Assembly (NCBI GenBank): GCA_026625185.1
Contig: CP113000.1
Span: forward strand, 825,622-857,621
Reading direction: 5' to 3'
Length of the DNA stretch: 32,000 bases
Source of the DNA: Thermodesulfobacteriota bacterium
Lineage (GTDB): Bacteria > Desulfobacterota > WTBG01 > JAGOGO01
The notes below the pieces were generated by a model. It ran no database searches. It saw only the letters and a list, made by a program, of their open reading frames with translations, and had not been told where the DNA came from. The translations under genes were made by a program, and so were the position numbers. This document shows positions 1-8,873 of this stretch, in pieces. Position 1 is the stretch's first letter; each line of letters begins with the position of its first letter.

Positions 1-1216
1 TTCCTCGTCTAATTTCAGCGGCAAGAAAGATTAGCTCCGCGGCTCCGGTTGGATCACGCTTGACTTCCTTGATCAGATCATCACCCGATAACCCTATGTT
101 GTCTGCGCTTTCTTTGAGCACCTGAGCCAATTCTTCGCTTTGCAATTCCTTGCCAAGTTCCTGAATAAGTCGAAGAAATTCAACCAGAGACATACCTTCA
201 GCCAGCAGAGTTTCTTTTAACAGAGGAAGGAGGCGTTTGATTTCTCCCGGCTCAGGGAGAAGGCGACGAATTATCTGGGCAAGCCGGGGAATAGAAATTT
301 CCCCCTGGTTATACTCTTCCCTGACAATGCGCACCATAACCTGATCAGTTAACGCAGTTGTTTCCTTCAGGACCATGTCTTCATGAGAGAAGCCAACCCC
401 TAACGCTTTTTGTGCTTTAAGCTCCTCGATCAGATTTTTTTTCATGGTAAAGATCGAATCGGCCAACCGAATTAGGTCAACCGGTTCGGTTCCCGGCGAG
501 GTCTGTTTCAGTTCCTGGTTGATCTGCTGGAGTTGCTGGCTGAGCATAACACCGACCTTACTGCTTTCACCGGTTTGCTGGGAAAGCAACAGGGCCTGGG
601 AAAATTTTGTGGGATCCTCGACCAATGTGTGGAGAGAAAGAGATTTTTCAAGCTCCTCCAAAATGATTTGTTCAGTAAGCACTTCTTTTAAAGCATCAGT
701 GCCTATGTCATGAGCAGTTTTAGTTAAAGTGGATAACGTTTCCGGTAAGGTGTCTCGTGAAATGATCTGGTCGTCCTGCGTCATTTTCTGTAAGAAGGTG
801 TGATTGATCTTAAGGTGAGTGATTTCCATTGTGGTCAGGGCGGTTGTGATGGAGTCCCCAGTCGGGTAGGTTTTTTGATCAGAAAAAACTTTCAGAAACC
901 CCCTTATCTCGGTTTCACTCAAACCCCGTTCGAAGGATAGGGACTGGATATTGGCCTTTTTAAAATGGGGAAGCATTTTTGAGGTGTTGATCCGAGGGTC
1001 AAAGGGCTGCTCTTCAAGGAAAAATTTATCGTGCAGCATAATGAAGGAGATTGAAGGCACCATCCTGAAACCTTCCCGTAAGGCTTTCAAGAACTCTTCC
1101 GCGGCTTGGACCGCAGCGGGATGATCAAGATGATACATTGCAATGCGATTCATAAGGAGGTTGAAACATCTTTCGATACTGTAAGATGTTGGTTTTGGCA
1201 GTAATAATTTTTTCAT
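1..1216 (-). CDS. Hypothetical large protein, N-terminal 405 aa (3' end runs off the window)
   Basis: Hand translation of the minus strand is open for 405 codons from ATG at 1216-1214 to the window edge (MKKLLLPKPTSYSIERCFNLLMNRIAMYHLDHPAAVQAAEEFLKAL...AELIFLAAEIRRG). It is absent from the ORF track because it has no in-window stop. The start lies 12 nt after the kinase stop. No catalytic motif recognised. Confidence 0.6.
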   Translation of the reverse strand, partial: MKKLLLPKPTSYSIERCFNLLMNRIAMYHLDHPAAVQAAEEFLKALREGFRMVPSISFIMLHDKFFLEEQPFDPRINTSKMLPHFKKANIQSLSFERGLSETEIRGFLKVFSDQKTYPTGDSITTALTTMEITHLKINHTFLQKMTQDDQIISRDTLPETLSTLTKTAHDIGTDALKEVLTEQIILEELEKSLSLHTLVEDPTKFSQALLLSQQTGESSKVGVMLSQQLQQINQELKQTSPGTEPVDLIRLADSIFTMKKNLIEELKAQKALGVGFSHEDMVLKETTALTDQVMVRIVREEYNQGEISIPRLAQIIRRLLPEPGEIKRLLPLLKETLLAEGMSLVEFLRLIQELGKELQSEELAQVLKESADNIGLSGDDLIKEVKRDPTGAAELIFLAAEIRRG

Positions 1217-1228
1217 GGCGTACGTTTT

Positions 1229-2119
1229 TTATTTTAAATAATTTTTTTCATAATTTTCCAAGCGATTCAGAAAATCCCGGCAGGTAGGATATCGATCATC
1301 CGGATCATAAGCGATCGCCCTTGAAACAATTTCATCCATTTCTTTATGAAGATTTGGGTTAAGATCAGAGGGATTTTTTAAAAAGACTCCCTTTTTATCA
1401 TACGCCTTTCGTTTGAGAAAGGCTTCGGTCGATTCATTTTCTAAAAATGGCAGCTCCGGTACCAGCATCTCGAAAAGCACGACCCCAACTCCATAAATAT
1501 CTGTCCGGCCGTCAACCTTTAACCCTAAGATTTGCTCAGGAGCCATATATGCCGGAGTTCCCCGAATTAGAAAATCAATGTTGTCACCTCGTAAAACTTT
1601 GGCCAATCCAAAATCAGAAATGATGGGTCTTTTGGTGTGTTTTTCCATGAGAATGTTGTCGGGTTTTATGTCACGGTGGATAATTTCTTCATTATGGGCA
1701 TAATCGAGGGCATCGAGCACTTGCGCGATGATTCGGATGGATGTTTTCACCGGTAAAATGCGCCGTGACGCCATAAAATGACTTTGGACTTTTTCCAGGA
1801 TAAATCCAAGTGAGTCCCCTTTAACCAATTGCATCGTAAAAAAAAGGTAATCTTCGGTTTCCCCAATTTCGTAGACCTGAACAATATTGGGATGTGAAAG
1901 GATAGCGGCTGACTCAGCTTCATGGTGAAACCGCTCAGTCACTGATGCCGTAAAATAGCATTTGGGGATGAGTTTTAAAGCGATCTGCCTTTTTAATGTT
2001 TGTTGATACGCAATAAAAACGATTCCCATGCCTCCTCGATCCAATTCTTTGAGGATGGTGCATGTTCCCAATCGCTTTCCAATCAAGGGATCAGAGTTGA
2101 AGTCATCAATTGAAGCCAT
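1229..2119 (-). CDS. Hanks-type Ser/Thr protein kinase (catalytic domain only)
   Basis: ORF 1229..2158. Motifs: GMGIVFIAY...IALK, HRDIKPDNIL catalytic loop, DFGLAK, PAYMAPE. ATG at 2119 (MASIDDF) preferred over the upstream TTG at 2158. Confidence 0.9.
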   Translation of the reverse strand: MASIDDFNSDPLIGKRLGTCTILKELDRGGMGIVFIAYQQTLKRQIALKLIPKCYFTASVTERFHHEAESAAILSHPNIVQVYEIGETEDYLFFTMQLVKGDSLGFILEKVQSHFMASRRILPVKTSIRIIAQVLDALDYAHNEEIIHRDIKPDNILMEKHTKRPIISDFGLAKVLRGDNIDFLIRGTPAYMAPEQILGLKVDGRTDIYGVGVVLFEMLVPELPFLENESTEAFLKRKAYDKKGVFLKNPSDLNPNLHKEMDEIVSRAIAYDPDDRYPTCRDFLNRLENYEKNYLK

Positions 2120-2406
2120 AATAATCTTATAATATAAAAAAAAATTGGGGTCAATCAAAACGTAGCCTCATCCCTTTGGCCTTGACATATTAACCTGCCT
2201 GTAATATTTTAACATGGGCTCATTTCTAAAGGAAATCAATATCCACCCTAAGCGTGGGAAGATAATGGTTATTTAAGTTGCGCGGCGGGGGTTTTTTGGT
2301 TTTTCCCTGATCAACCAACAAATTTTTAAGCCTTTTTTAAAGGAGCAGGTTGCGGACGTTAAGAAGTCTCAAAGGAAGGTTCTCCTTACCATAAACTTGG
2401 CAGTGA

Positions 2407-3420
2407 ATGATAGTGAATTTTGATCAGATTCGCGGTCACCGAAAAATTCTTGAACTTTTGACCCGGGTTGTGCACACCAAACGGTTAGCACACGCATATG
2501 TTTTTTCCGGTCTTGAAGGCATCGGCAAACGACTTACGGCACTTGCCTTGGCAAAGAATCTTTTGTGTTCTTCGGGCGGAGGGAAAAGTTGCGGAACCTG
2601 CTCAGCCTGCATCCAGGTTGCCCGGGGTAATCATCCGGACCTTATGATGATTGAGCCTGAAAAGGGCGTGATTACCATTGATAACATCCGCAATCTCAAA
2701 CGGGAATTAAGCCGGAAGAGCTTTTCCGGGGGGTATAAAGTTTGTCTTGTTGATGATGCGGATAAAATGAATCTGCAGGCTGAAAACGCGCTTTTAAAAA
2801 CTCTGGAGGAGCCGACTCCTGATACGGTAATTATCCTGATAACCGCAAAACCTTACCGTCTGTTACCGACCGTGCTTTCGCGGTGCCAACACCTTAAGTT
2901 TCAGCCGCTGGCGCTTTTTGATGCTTCGGAATTGATCATGGGGGGGGTGGCGGGAGTAGGGAAAGATGATGCTTTATTGATGGCTTCACTCACGGGAGGA
3001 AGCCCGGGAAAATCCTTTACCCTCAAGGTGGAACAGCTTAAGGGATTAAGAGACTCGTGGATCAACCAATCGAAGTTTTGTGCACAAGCTAAAGATGAGA
3101 ATTTTTTTGTTGGAGAAGAAAATTTTTTAAGCGACAAGGAAAATGTGGATTTAAAACTCAACCTTTTGCGTCTCTGGTATAGAGATCTTGCTTTATATAA
3201 AATCTATGGAAATTTTGATTGTGTTTTAAATAAAGATAAAGCAGAAGAAATTGCTTCGCAAAGCAGTGCCTTGAGCCTCGAAAGAATCTTAAACGCTTTA
3301 CTCGGGACCGAAAAATACAGCGCTACCCTTGAGTACAACGCCAACCCTCAATTAACGCTGGAAGCCATTCTCATGATGTTAAACCCCAAGAGAGATTTTT
3401 TTTGGAGTAAGAAAATTTAA
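2407..3420 (+). CDS. holB: DNA polymerase III subunit delta'
   Basis: 337 aa. N-terminus LAHAYVFSGLEGIGKRLTALALAKNLLC, zinc module CGTCSACIQVARGNHPD, SRC motif (LSRCQ). Followed by a PSP1 gene as in many genomes. Confidence 0.9.
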   Translation: MIVNFDQIRGHRKILELLTRVVHTKRLAHAYVFSGLEGIGKRLTALALAKNLLCSSGGGKSCGTCSACIQVARGNHPDLMMIEPEKGVITIDNIRNLKRELSRKSFSGGYKVCLVDDADKMNLQAENALLKTLEEPTPDTVIILITAKPYRLLPTVLSRCQHLKFQPLALFDASELIMGGVAGVGKDDALLMASLTGGSPGKSFTLKVEQLKGLRDSWINQSKFCAQAKDENFFVGEENFLSDKENVDLKLNLLRLWYRDLALYKIYGNFDCVLNKDKAEEIASQSSALSLERILNALLGTEKYSATLEYNANPQLTLEAILMMLNPKRDFFWSKKI

Positions 3421-3447
3421 GTATAAGGTTAATAGAAAGGGCTGGTT

Positions 3448-4248
3448 ATGCGAGTAGCACAGATAAAATTAGAAAAACGACATATTGTATTGAGATGCGA
3501 TACAAAAGAGGAAGACTTTAACCTTGGAGACCTGGTGGTGGTGGAAACCAAAGAAGGCCCCCGGATGGGCAGAGTCATTTCTGAAGTCCAAGATCTTAAC
3601 ACCGCAATTTTTTTTAAGTCCATCCCTCCGGTTATCCGTTTAGCGACCGATGAGGACTGCAAAAAGCAAGAAGAGGAAGAAAAAAGGGCGGCCGAAGCCA
3701 TGAAAAAATGCAAGGAGAAAGCCGAGCAGCTTGCGCTTCCCATGAAGGTAGCGGGTGTGAACTTTCAATCGGGCGGAGAAAAGGTCACCTTTTTTTTTAT
3801 TGCGGAGACCAGAATTAATTTCCGCGAATTGGTTAAACAATTAGCTTCGGAATTTCATGCCCGGATAGAAATGAGGCAGATTGGCGCTCGCAATGAAGCC
3901 AAAATGATGGGTGGCGTTGGTTGCTGCGGGTTGCCGCTTTGCTGTGTCTCCTTCCTTCCGGATTTTGAGCCGGTTACCATTCGCATGGCTAAAGATCAGG
4001 GACTTTCATTAGATCCCACAAAAATATCCGGATTATGCGGACGGCTTTTGTGTTGTTTGGAATATGAAGCAAGCACCTATAGTGAATTTCTCAGGTGTCT
4101 TCCAAAATGCGGAAGTCGAATAGCGACATCATTTGGGGAAGGCAAGGTCATTAAACAGAATGTTCTCTCAAAAACATTGTTGGTAGAGTTTGATGATGGA
4201 CAGCTGCGCACGATAAAGGCCGAAGAAATAAAAGAAAAGGCACCATAA
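3448..4248 (+). CDS. ricT: PSP1 domain protein (RicT/YaaT family)
   Basis: 266 aa. Conserved block FRELVKQLASEFHARIEMRQIGARNEAKMMGGVGCCGLPLCCVSFLPDFEPVTIRMAKDQGLSLDPTKISGLCGRLLCCLEYE matches the B. subtilis YaaT core. Sits in holB-yaaT synteny. Confidence 0.85.
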   Translation: MRVAQIKLEKRHIVLRCDTKEEDFNLGDLVVVETKEGPRMGRVISEVQDLNTAIFFKSIPPVIRLATDEDCKKQEEEEKRAAEAMKKCKEKAEQLALPMKVAGVNFQSGGEKVTFFFIAETRINFRELVKQLASEFHARIEMRQIGARNEAKMMGGVGCCGLPLCCVSFLPDFEPVTIRMAKDQGLSLDPTKISGLCGRLLCCLEYEASTYSEFLRCLPKCGSRIATSFGEGKVIKQNVLSKTLLVEFDDGQLRTIKAEEIKEKAP

Positions 4249-4262
4249 CGAGGAACTTTTCG

Positions 4263-5783
4263 ATGAGAAAAAGTTTTTATATTACTACTCCCATTTATTA
4301 TGTCAACGATGTGCCCCATATTGGGCATGCTTATACTACTATTGCAGCGGATATAGTGGCTCGGTATAAACGGTTAACAGGGTATGACGTTTTCTTTTTG
4401 ACCGGGACTGATGAACATGGCCACAAAGTTGAAAAATCAGCAGAAGCCTTTAATGAAAGACCAATCGACTTGGCTAACCGAGTGGTAAAAAGGTTCCAGG
4501 ACCTATGGATAAGACTCACTATCAGCAATAATGACTTTATTAGAACCACCGATGAAGGGCATAAACAGGCAGTGCAATCACTTTTCAAAAAAGCACTGGA
4601 TAATGGAGATATCTACTTGGGTTACTATGAAGATTGGTATTGCACGCCCTGTGAAACGTTTTGGACGCAAAACCAGTTACATGAGGGAAAGTGCCCTGAT
4701 TGTGGTCGTGAGGTGGAAAAATTAAAAGAAGAGAGCTATTTCTTTCGCATGTCGAAGTATCAAAATGACCTCTTAACCCACATCAGAAATCACCCGGAAT
4801 TTATCCAGCCCGAGAGCAGGCGAAACGAAATAATCAGCTTTATTAAAGAAGGGTTAAGGGATTTAAGCGTGAGCCGCACGTCTTTTCACTGGGGCGTGCC
4901 GGTACCGGGAAATGACCGGCATATTGTCTATGTCTGGATAGATGCGCTAATTAATTATATCTCCGGCGCCGGATATCTGAATGATCCGGATAAATTTGCC
5001 CGTTACTGGCCGGCCGATCTGCACCTCATTGGAAAAGATATACTCCGTCATCACACGATTTATTGGCCTACTTTTCTTATGTCGGTAAGCGTTCCTCTAT
5101 TTAAAAAAACGTTTGCCCATGGCTGGTGGACCAATGAAGGGAAAAAGATGTCTAAGTCCTTGGGAAATTTTATTGAACCCGTAAAATTAATTGATGACTA
5201 TGGAGTTGACCAGGTTCGATACTTTCTCATGCGGGAGGTCCCATTTGGCCTTGATGCGGATTTTTCCCATAAAGCCATGGTTAATCGAATAAACAGCGAC
5301 TTGGCCAATGACCTTGGGAACCTGTTTAACCGAAGTCTCGTTATGACGAGCAAGTATTTTGAAGGAACGGTTCCTGCTCGCGGCCAGGGAAATAACCGGC
5401 TGATGGATATCCAGGAAAAAACCTTTATTCAAGTTGAGAACGCTTTCAATGAGCTTGCCTTTCAGAAAGCGCTCATTGCCATCTGGGAGCTGGTGTCGGC
5501 GGTAAATAAGTATATTGACGAGACTGCTCCTTTTACCTTAGCAAAAGACGAAGGTAAAAAAGGTGAGTTGAGCATGGTCATCTACAACATTCTTGATGCC
5601 CTTCGGGTCATTACTCTTTTCGTCTTTCCTTTTATGCCTGCCACAGCAGAAAAAATGTGGGATGGGCTGGGGATAAAAGAAAAAATTACTCAACAAGACT
5701 TATCCCAAAAATATAGGTGGGGTGATCTTCCCCCTGGAGCAGAGCTCAAAAAGATCCCTCCTCTCTTTCCCCGGATCCTTTGA
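4263..5783 (+). CDS. metG: Methionine--tRNA ligase (short form without C-terminal tRNA-binding domain)
   Basis: 506 aa. HIGH motif (VPHIGHAYT), KMSKS motif (KKMSKSLGN), Zn knuckle CTPCETF...CPDCG. GAGGAA Shine-Dalgarno 8 nt upstream. Confidence 0.95.
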   Translation: MRKSFYITTPIYYVNDVPHIGHAYTTIAADIVARYKRLTGYDVFFLTGTDEHGHKVEKSAEAFNERPIDLANRVVKRFQDLWIRLTISNNDFIRTTDEGHKQAVQSLFKKALDNGDIYLGYYEDWYCTPCETFWTQNQLHEGKCPDCGREVEKLKEESYFFRMSKYQNDLLTHIRNHPEFIQPESRRNEIISFIKEGLRDLSVSRTSFHWGVPVPGNDRHIVYVWIDALINYISGAGYLNDPDKFARYWPADLHLIGKDILRHHTIYWPTFLMSVSVPLFKKTFAHGWWTNEGKKMSKSLGNFIEPVKLIDDYGVDQVRYFLMREVPFGLDADFSHKAMVNRINSDLANDLGNLFNRSLVMTSKYFEGTVPARGQGNNRLMDIQEKTFIQVENAFNELAFQKALIAIWELVSAVNKYIDETAPFTLAKDEGKKGELSMVIYNILDALRVITLFVFPFMPATAEKMWDGLGIKEKITQQDLSQKYRWGDLPPGAELKKIPPLFPRIL

Positions 5784-5865
5784 AGCGGGAACTGTCGAAC
5801 GTACTCTCATGCCACCTTGCATTCAAAAGCAGACCGAGACAGCGACGAGAAATCGACGCAGGCCC

Positions 5866-5909
5866 CCTCACCCTATCCCTCTCCTCAGTGGTGAGATGGG
5901 TGGGTGAGG
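5866..5909. terminator. Hairpin between convergent metG and cobO
   Basis: cctcaccc (5866-5873) pairs with gggtgagg (5902-5909) across a 28-nt loop. No clean U-tract on either strand, so terminator function is uncertain. Confidence 0.25.
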
Positions 5910-5961
5910 AAAGAGTATGACGAGGAGACAACAAAGATATGCAATTAAAGGCGACTTGGCA

Positions 5962-6489
5962 TCAATACTCAATTCCGTACCGCGCTGGAACTTTTTGCGT
6001 GTAATAATGTTTAATCTCCTTCATCTCGGTTACCAGGTCAGCAGCCTCAATCAGTTTGGGGTCAGCTTTTCGGCCGGTGATGACTAATTCTACCGGTGAG
6101 GGTTTGTTTTTGATCAAGTCGAGAAGATCGTCAACCGAGATGAGTTTTAACCAGACCGCAATGCTGGCTTCATCCATAATGACCAGATCATAGTTTCCGG
6201 ACATAATCGCCTGGCGTGCTTCCGCAAGCCCTTGTTGGGCGAAAGCCTTATCTTCTTCGGTTGGTGTTTTTCTGATCAAACAGTCTCTACCATAATGAGC
6301 AAATGTTATTGAATCGCTTAATTTTGCTAAAGGGATAAATTCGCTCGAGGCCTTCCCTTTAAGAAATTGAGCGATGAAAACTTTCATCCCTGCACCGGCT
6401 GCCCGTAAAGCAAGACCGATAGCAGCCGTGGTTTTCCCCTTTCCATCGCCGGTATAAATATGTACATATCCCTTGTTAAGTTTCATCAA
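5962..6489 (-). CDS. cobO: Cob(I)yrinic acid a,c-diamide adenosyltransferase (CobA/CobO/BtuR family)
   Basis: 175 aa. P-loop-like GDGKGKTTAAIGLALRAAGAGMKVFIAQFLKG and DEASIA motif, typical of the family. Confidence 0.9.
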   Translation of the reverse strand: MMKLNKGYVHIYTGDGKGKTTAAIGLALRAAGAGMKVFIAQFLKGKASSEFIPLAKLSDSITFAHYGRDCLIRKTPTEEDKAFAQQGLAEARQAIMSGNYDLVIMDEASIAVWLKLISVDDLLDLIKNKPSPVELVITGRKADPKLIEAADLVTEMKEIKHYYTQKVPARYGIEY

Positions 6490-6592
6490 ACCTCCGGTTT
6501 CAAAGAGTGCAGATCACAATTCTCCGAAATCAAATGTTTGAGAACACCTGCGCGTTTTTATTTAAAAAAATAAAAGTAACAATATGTTAGTC

Positions 6593-7543
6593 TTAAAATT
6601 CAATAATTAATCGAGCTTGTAACATAGTTCCTTCCGGACGATTTTTAACTGACGCGTCAAATAGAGAATGACACATCAAAAAAACCTTTTTTTTTGCGAT
6701 AACTTTATCCAACATAATTCCTGGGCCAACACAAATGGCGAGTTCCCTCCCCCTAAGATTGTGGCTATTGAGTTTATCATCAGTGGTCTGTCTCCAATAA
6801 TTCCCGGCTACCCCCAGGCGGATGCTTTCCCTGACTTGATAACTGGTCGCAAAATTCATGCTAAAAAGCTGACCAGGTCTCACGTTATCTTGATCAGGAC
6901 CAAACTCAGTATTGGTGGTATGAAAGTTATACGCAATCCGCAAACTCAGTTCCCATTTGGGGGTAAGAAAAAAGGTTGATGCGCAATATAAAGGAAATGT
7001 ATAGAGATTATTCCCCACGTTGAATATCTTATCGTGATCATAATCGCCGGAAGGCGAAAAAACTCCTGCCAGCAATCTAAAATAGGAAGGTATCTGATAG
7101 TTGCCCAGGCAAAGCGTTTTTTTATCACTCTGGAAAAAACCGGCAACGAAAATATCACCCACGCCGTGGTCTTTATCTCTGGTTCCGAATGCAGTCATAT
7201 GACCGTTGGTAAGAGGCATAATAATTTCTCCGCCCCAATGTCCACCGAGAACCTTCTTTTCACTGACATAGGCAAATTGGTAGAGAGCGGTATTAACCGA
7301 GAGCTTAAACCTTCCGGGTGCTTCTTTGCTTCCCAATCGTAATTCATTAGATTTAAAATGTAAAAAGTAAACCTGAAAATATGATCCTGGAGGTATATAG
7401 CCATCAAAAAAAGTTGTAAGGCCTCGATTTTGGTACTCCGGTTGAAAAAGAGCCAAGGCGTTTTTGGTAAAAAAGACGTTGTATATCGATATGAGGAACA
7501 AACCAACAAGAAATACTTTTTTTGCAAAACGCTTTTTGGTCAT
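6593..7543 (-). CDS. Outer-membrane beta-barrel protein (resembles the MetA-pathway/phenol-degradation-like transporter family)
   Basis: ORF 6593..7555. N-terminal signal-like KKVFLVGLFLISIYNVFF, alternating beta-strand pattern, C-terminal ...RLIIEF ending in Phe. ATG at 7543 has a GAGG SD 6-7 nt upstream. Family assignment is from memory only. Confidence 0.7.
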   Translation of the reverse strand: MTKKRFAKKVFLVGLFLISIYNVFFTKNALALFQPEYQNRGLTTFFDGYIPPGSYFQVYFLHFKSNELRLGSKEAPGRFKLSVNTALYQFAYVSEKKVLGGHWGGEIIMPLTNGHMTAFGTRDKDHGVGDIFVAGFFQSDKKTLCLGNYQIPSYFRLLAGVFSPSGDYDHDKIFNVGNNLYTFPLYCASTFFLTPKWELSLRIAYNFHTTNTEFGPDQDNVRPGQLFSMNFATSYQVRESIRLGVAGNYWRQTTDDKLNSHNLRGRELAICVGPGIMLDKVIAKKKVFLMCHSLFDASVKNRPEGTMLQARLIIEF

Positions 7544-7684
7544 ATAACACCTCATTTTAACCCTATCATGCGTTAGCCGGTTGCGTTATCAACATGAATC
7601 ATCATTTCATAAGGATTAGTCCGGGGGTAAGAAAACTTTTTAATTTTATTTATTATCGCCACAAAAAACAACCCCAAATTACAT

Positions 7685-7822
7685 AAGGCTGGATTTTTTT
7701 CCGTCTTGGACTTTAGGCCTTTATGAGGGTATTATCATAGGGATGCAACGAGAGGGGATAAATCAACCCAAAAACGAGATATTAAAAAGGCACCGGAATT
7801 AAGCCAACATCTGGAGATTTAA
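7685..7822 (+). pseudogene. Remnant of HigB/RelE-like addiction-module killer protein
   Basis: Hand translation gives KAGFFSVLDFRPL*GYYHRDATRGDKSTQKRDIKKAPELSQHLEI*. GDKSTQxxDIxxA matches the conserved C-terminal block of that family. There is an in-frame TGA and the N-terminus is missing. The stop lies 1 nt before the antidote ATG. Confidence 0.4.
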
Positions 7823-7823
7823 T

Positions 7824-8084
7824 ATGAAAAAAGAAAAAACAACTAAATGGGACACTGTAGAACATCTGAAGACTAAAGCCGATATGGTCGCCTATTTGGA
7901 AGCGGCCCTTTAGGAAAATGATCCCGCGTTGGTAGCCGCCGCTTTGGGGGATATCGCCCAGGCTAAGGGATTAAAAAAGGTAGGCGTGGAAAAAGTCAAA
8001 AACCTGATCGGCAAAGCACCCATTTCCAAAAACGTTCATAAAGGCATTGAAACAACGAGGATTAACGCCCATGGCAGGTATTGA
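7824..8084 (+). pseudogene. Addiction-module antidote (HigA-like) gene with in-frame TAG
   Basis: MKKEKTTKWDTVEHLKTKADMVAYLEAAL*ENDPALVAAALGDIAQAKG... The AYLEAAL-E-xDPALxAAALGDIAxAxG block is the family signature. TAG at 7911-7913 sits where Glu is expected. The C-terminal HTH part looks diverged. Confidence 0.6.
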
Positions 8085-8094
8085 CGCCGGTTTT

Positions 8095-8280
8095 TTAACC
8101 TTTAAGCGCCCTAAGTTTCATTTTACCGATTTCGATAAATGTTTCCAGGCGGATCAACCTTTTTTCATGATTTCTCAATTCGCTTACAACTTCTGAGAGT
8201 ATTTTTCCCGTTTGTTCAACTCGTTCGGTCAAAAGCAAAACTTCTTTCATGGCTGCAAGGGCTTCTTTAATGGCACTCAT
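8095..8280 (-). CDS. Small (61 aa) predicted coiled-coil protein, translationally coupled to the RHH gene
   Basis: ORF track. ATGA start/stop overlap with the upstream gene at 8277-8280. Heptad-like amphipathic sequence. No family recognised. Confidence 0.5.
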   Translation of the reverse strand: MSAIKEALAAMKEVLLLTERVEQTGKILSEVVSELRNHEKRLIRLETFIEIGKMKLRALKG

Positions 8281-8540
8281 TGCTTCGCCCTCCTGATTGC
8301 GGCTAAGGCCTCATTCGCATCTTTCAACCCTTTATTCAAAGACGCTTTAGCTCTATGGGTCGCCTTTTTAACTTCATCAGCCATTGCCAGAAGCAATAAC
8401 TCATCCTCGTTTGGTTCATTCAGGCAACGGTGGCGAATAAGCTCTGCTATACTCACACCTTCTTTTTTGGCTTCATTTTTAAGCCATCCCTTAAACTCCG
8501 GCGTTCCCAAAAACGTTATTCTTGCGGTTTGTACAGCCAT
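8277..8540 (-). CDS. Ribbon-helix-helix (CopG/Arc/MetJ-like) DNA-binding protein
   Basis: 87 aa. N-terminal strand-helix-helix pattern ARITFLGTPEFKGWLKNEAKKEGVSIAELIRHRCL. AGGAGG SD 6 nt upstream of the ATG. Confidence 0.65.
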   Translation of the reverse strand: MAVQTARITFLGTPEFKGWLKNEAKKEGVSIAELIRHRCLNEPNEDELLLLAMADEVKKATHRAKASLNKGLKDANEALAAIRRAKQ

Positions 8541-8574
8541 TTCGTGCCTCCTGATAGTTGGTTAATTTATTATC

Positions 8575-8602
8575 ATTATAATGTTAATTATAATAATGTC
8601 AA
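8575..8602 (-). promoter_or_regulatory. Near-consensus sigma-70 promoter with overlapping palindromic operator candidate
   Basis: Minus strand reads TTGACA (8602-8597), a 16-nt spacer, then TATAAT (8580-8575). The inverted repeat ttataat-taac-attataa (8593-8576) spans the spacer and the -10 element. Confidence 0.6.
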
Positions 8603-8873
8603 CGTATTTTTTATATAGCCGCGGAGCAGTTGATAAAATAAAAAATCAAAAGTTTGGCCTCCTGATCGGTCTTATAAGCCGCGATCTCAAACCAATAAAA
8701 AAATATCAAACCCAAAATTGCCGGATGGGAGGAAACTGCAACCTTGGTTAGCAATAAAAAATGGTGTTTACCTTTAAGGAATTTCAATCCGGGAGAACAG
8801 CGAAACTGGACTTGAAAACCTTGGGTCTAAAATTGCATACCCTTCCAGTCTAAGGGAGATTTAGGAGATTTAG

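Noticed and set aside
444-713. 89-aa plus-strand ORF from the track
   Set aside because: It lies antisense inside a 405-codon open minus-strand frame that is coupled to the kinase gene. The sequence is low-complexity and has no motif or SD.
2182-2207. TTGACA ... TAATAT as the holB promoter
   Set aside because: The spacer is only 14 nt, and shifted -10 alternatives are poor matches. It cannot be supported without transcript data.
7556-7720. Cobalamin riboswitch upstream of the outer-membrane gene next to cobO
   Set aside because: No B12-box-like sequence or the expected conserved stems could be read on the minus strand of this leader.
7911-7913. In-frame TAG codons (here and at ~15734 in a transposase remnant) as possible pyrrolysine or stop-codon recoding
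   Set aside because: Both occur in genes with other decay signs (truncation, diverged tails). Neighbouring remnants carry in-frame TAA/TGA as well. Intact genes in the window terminate normally. No pyl genes are seen.
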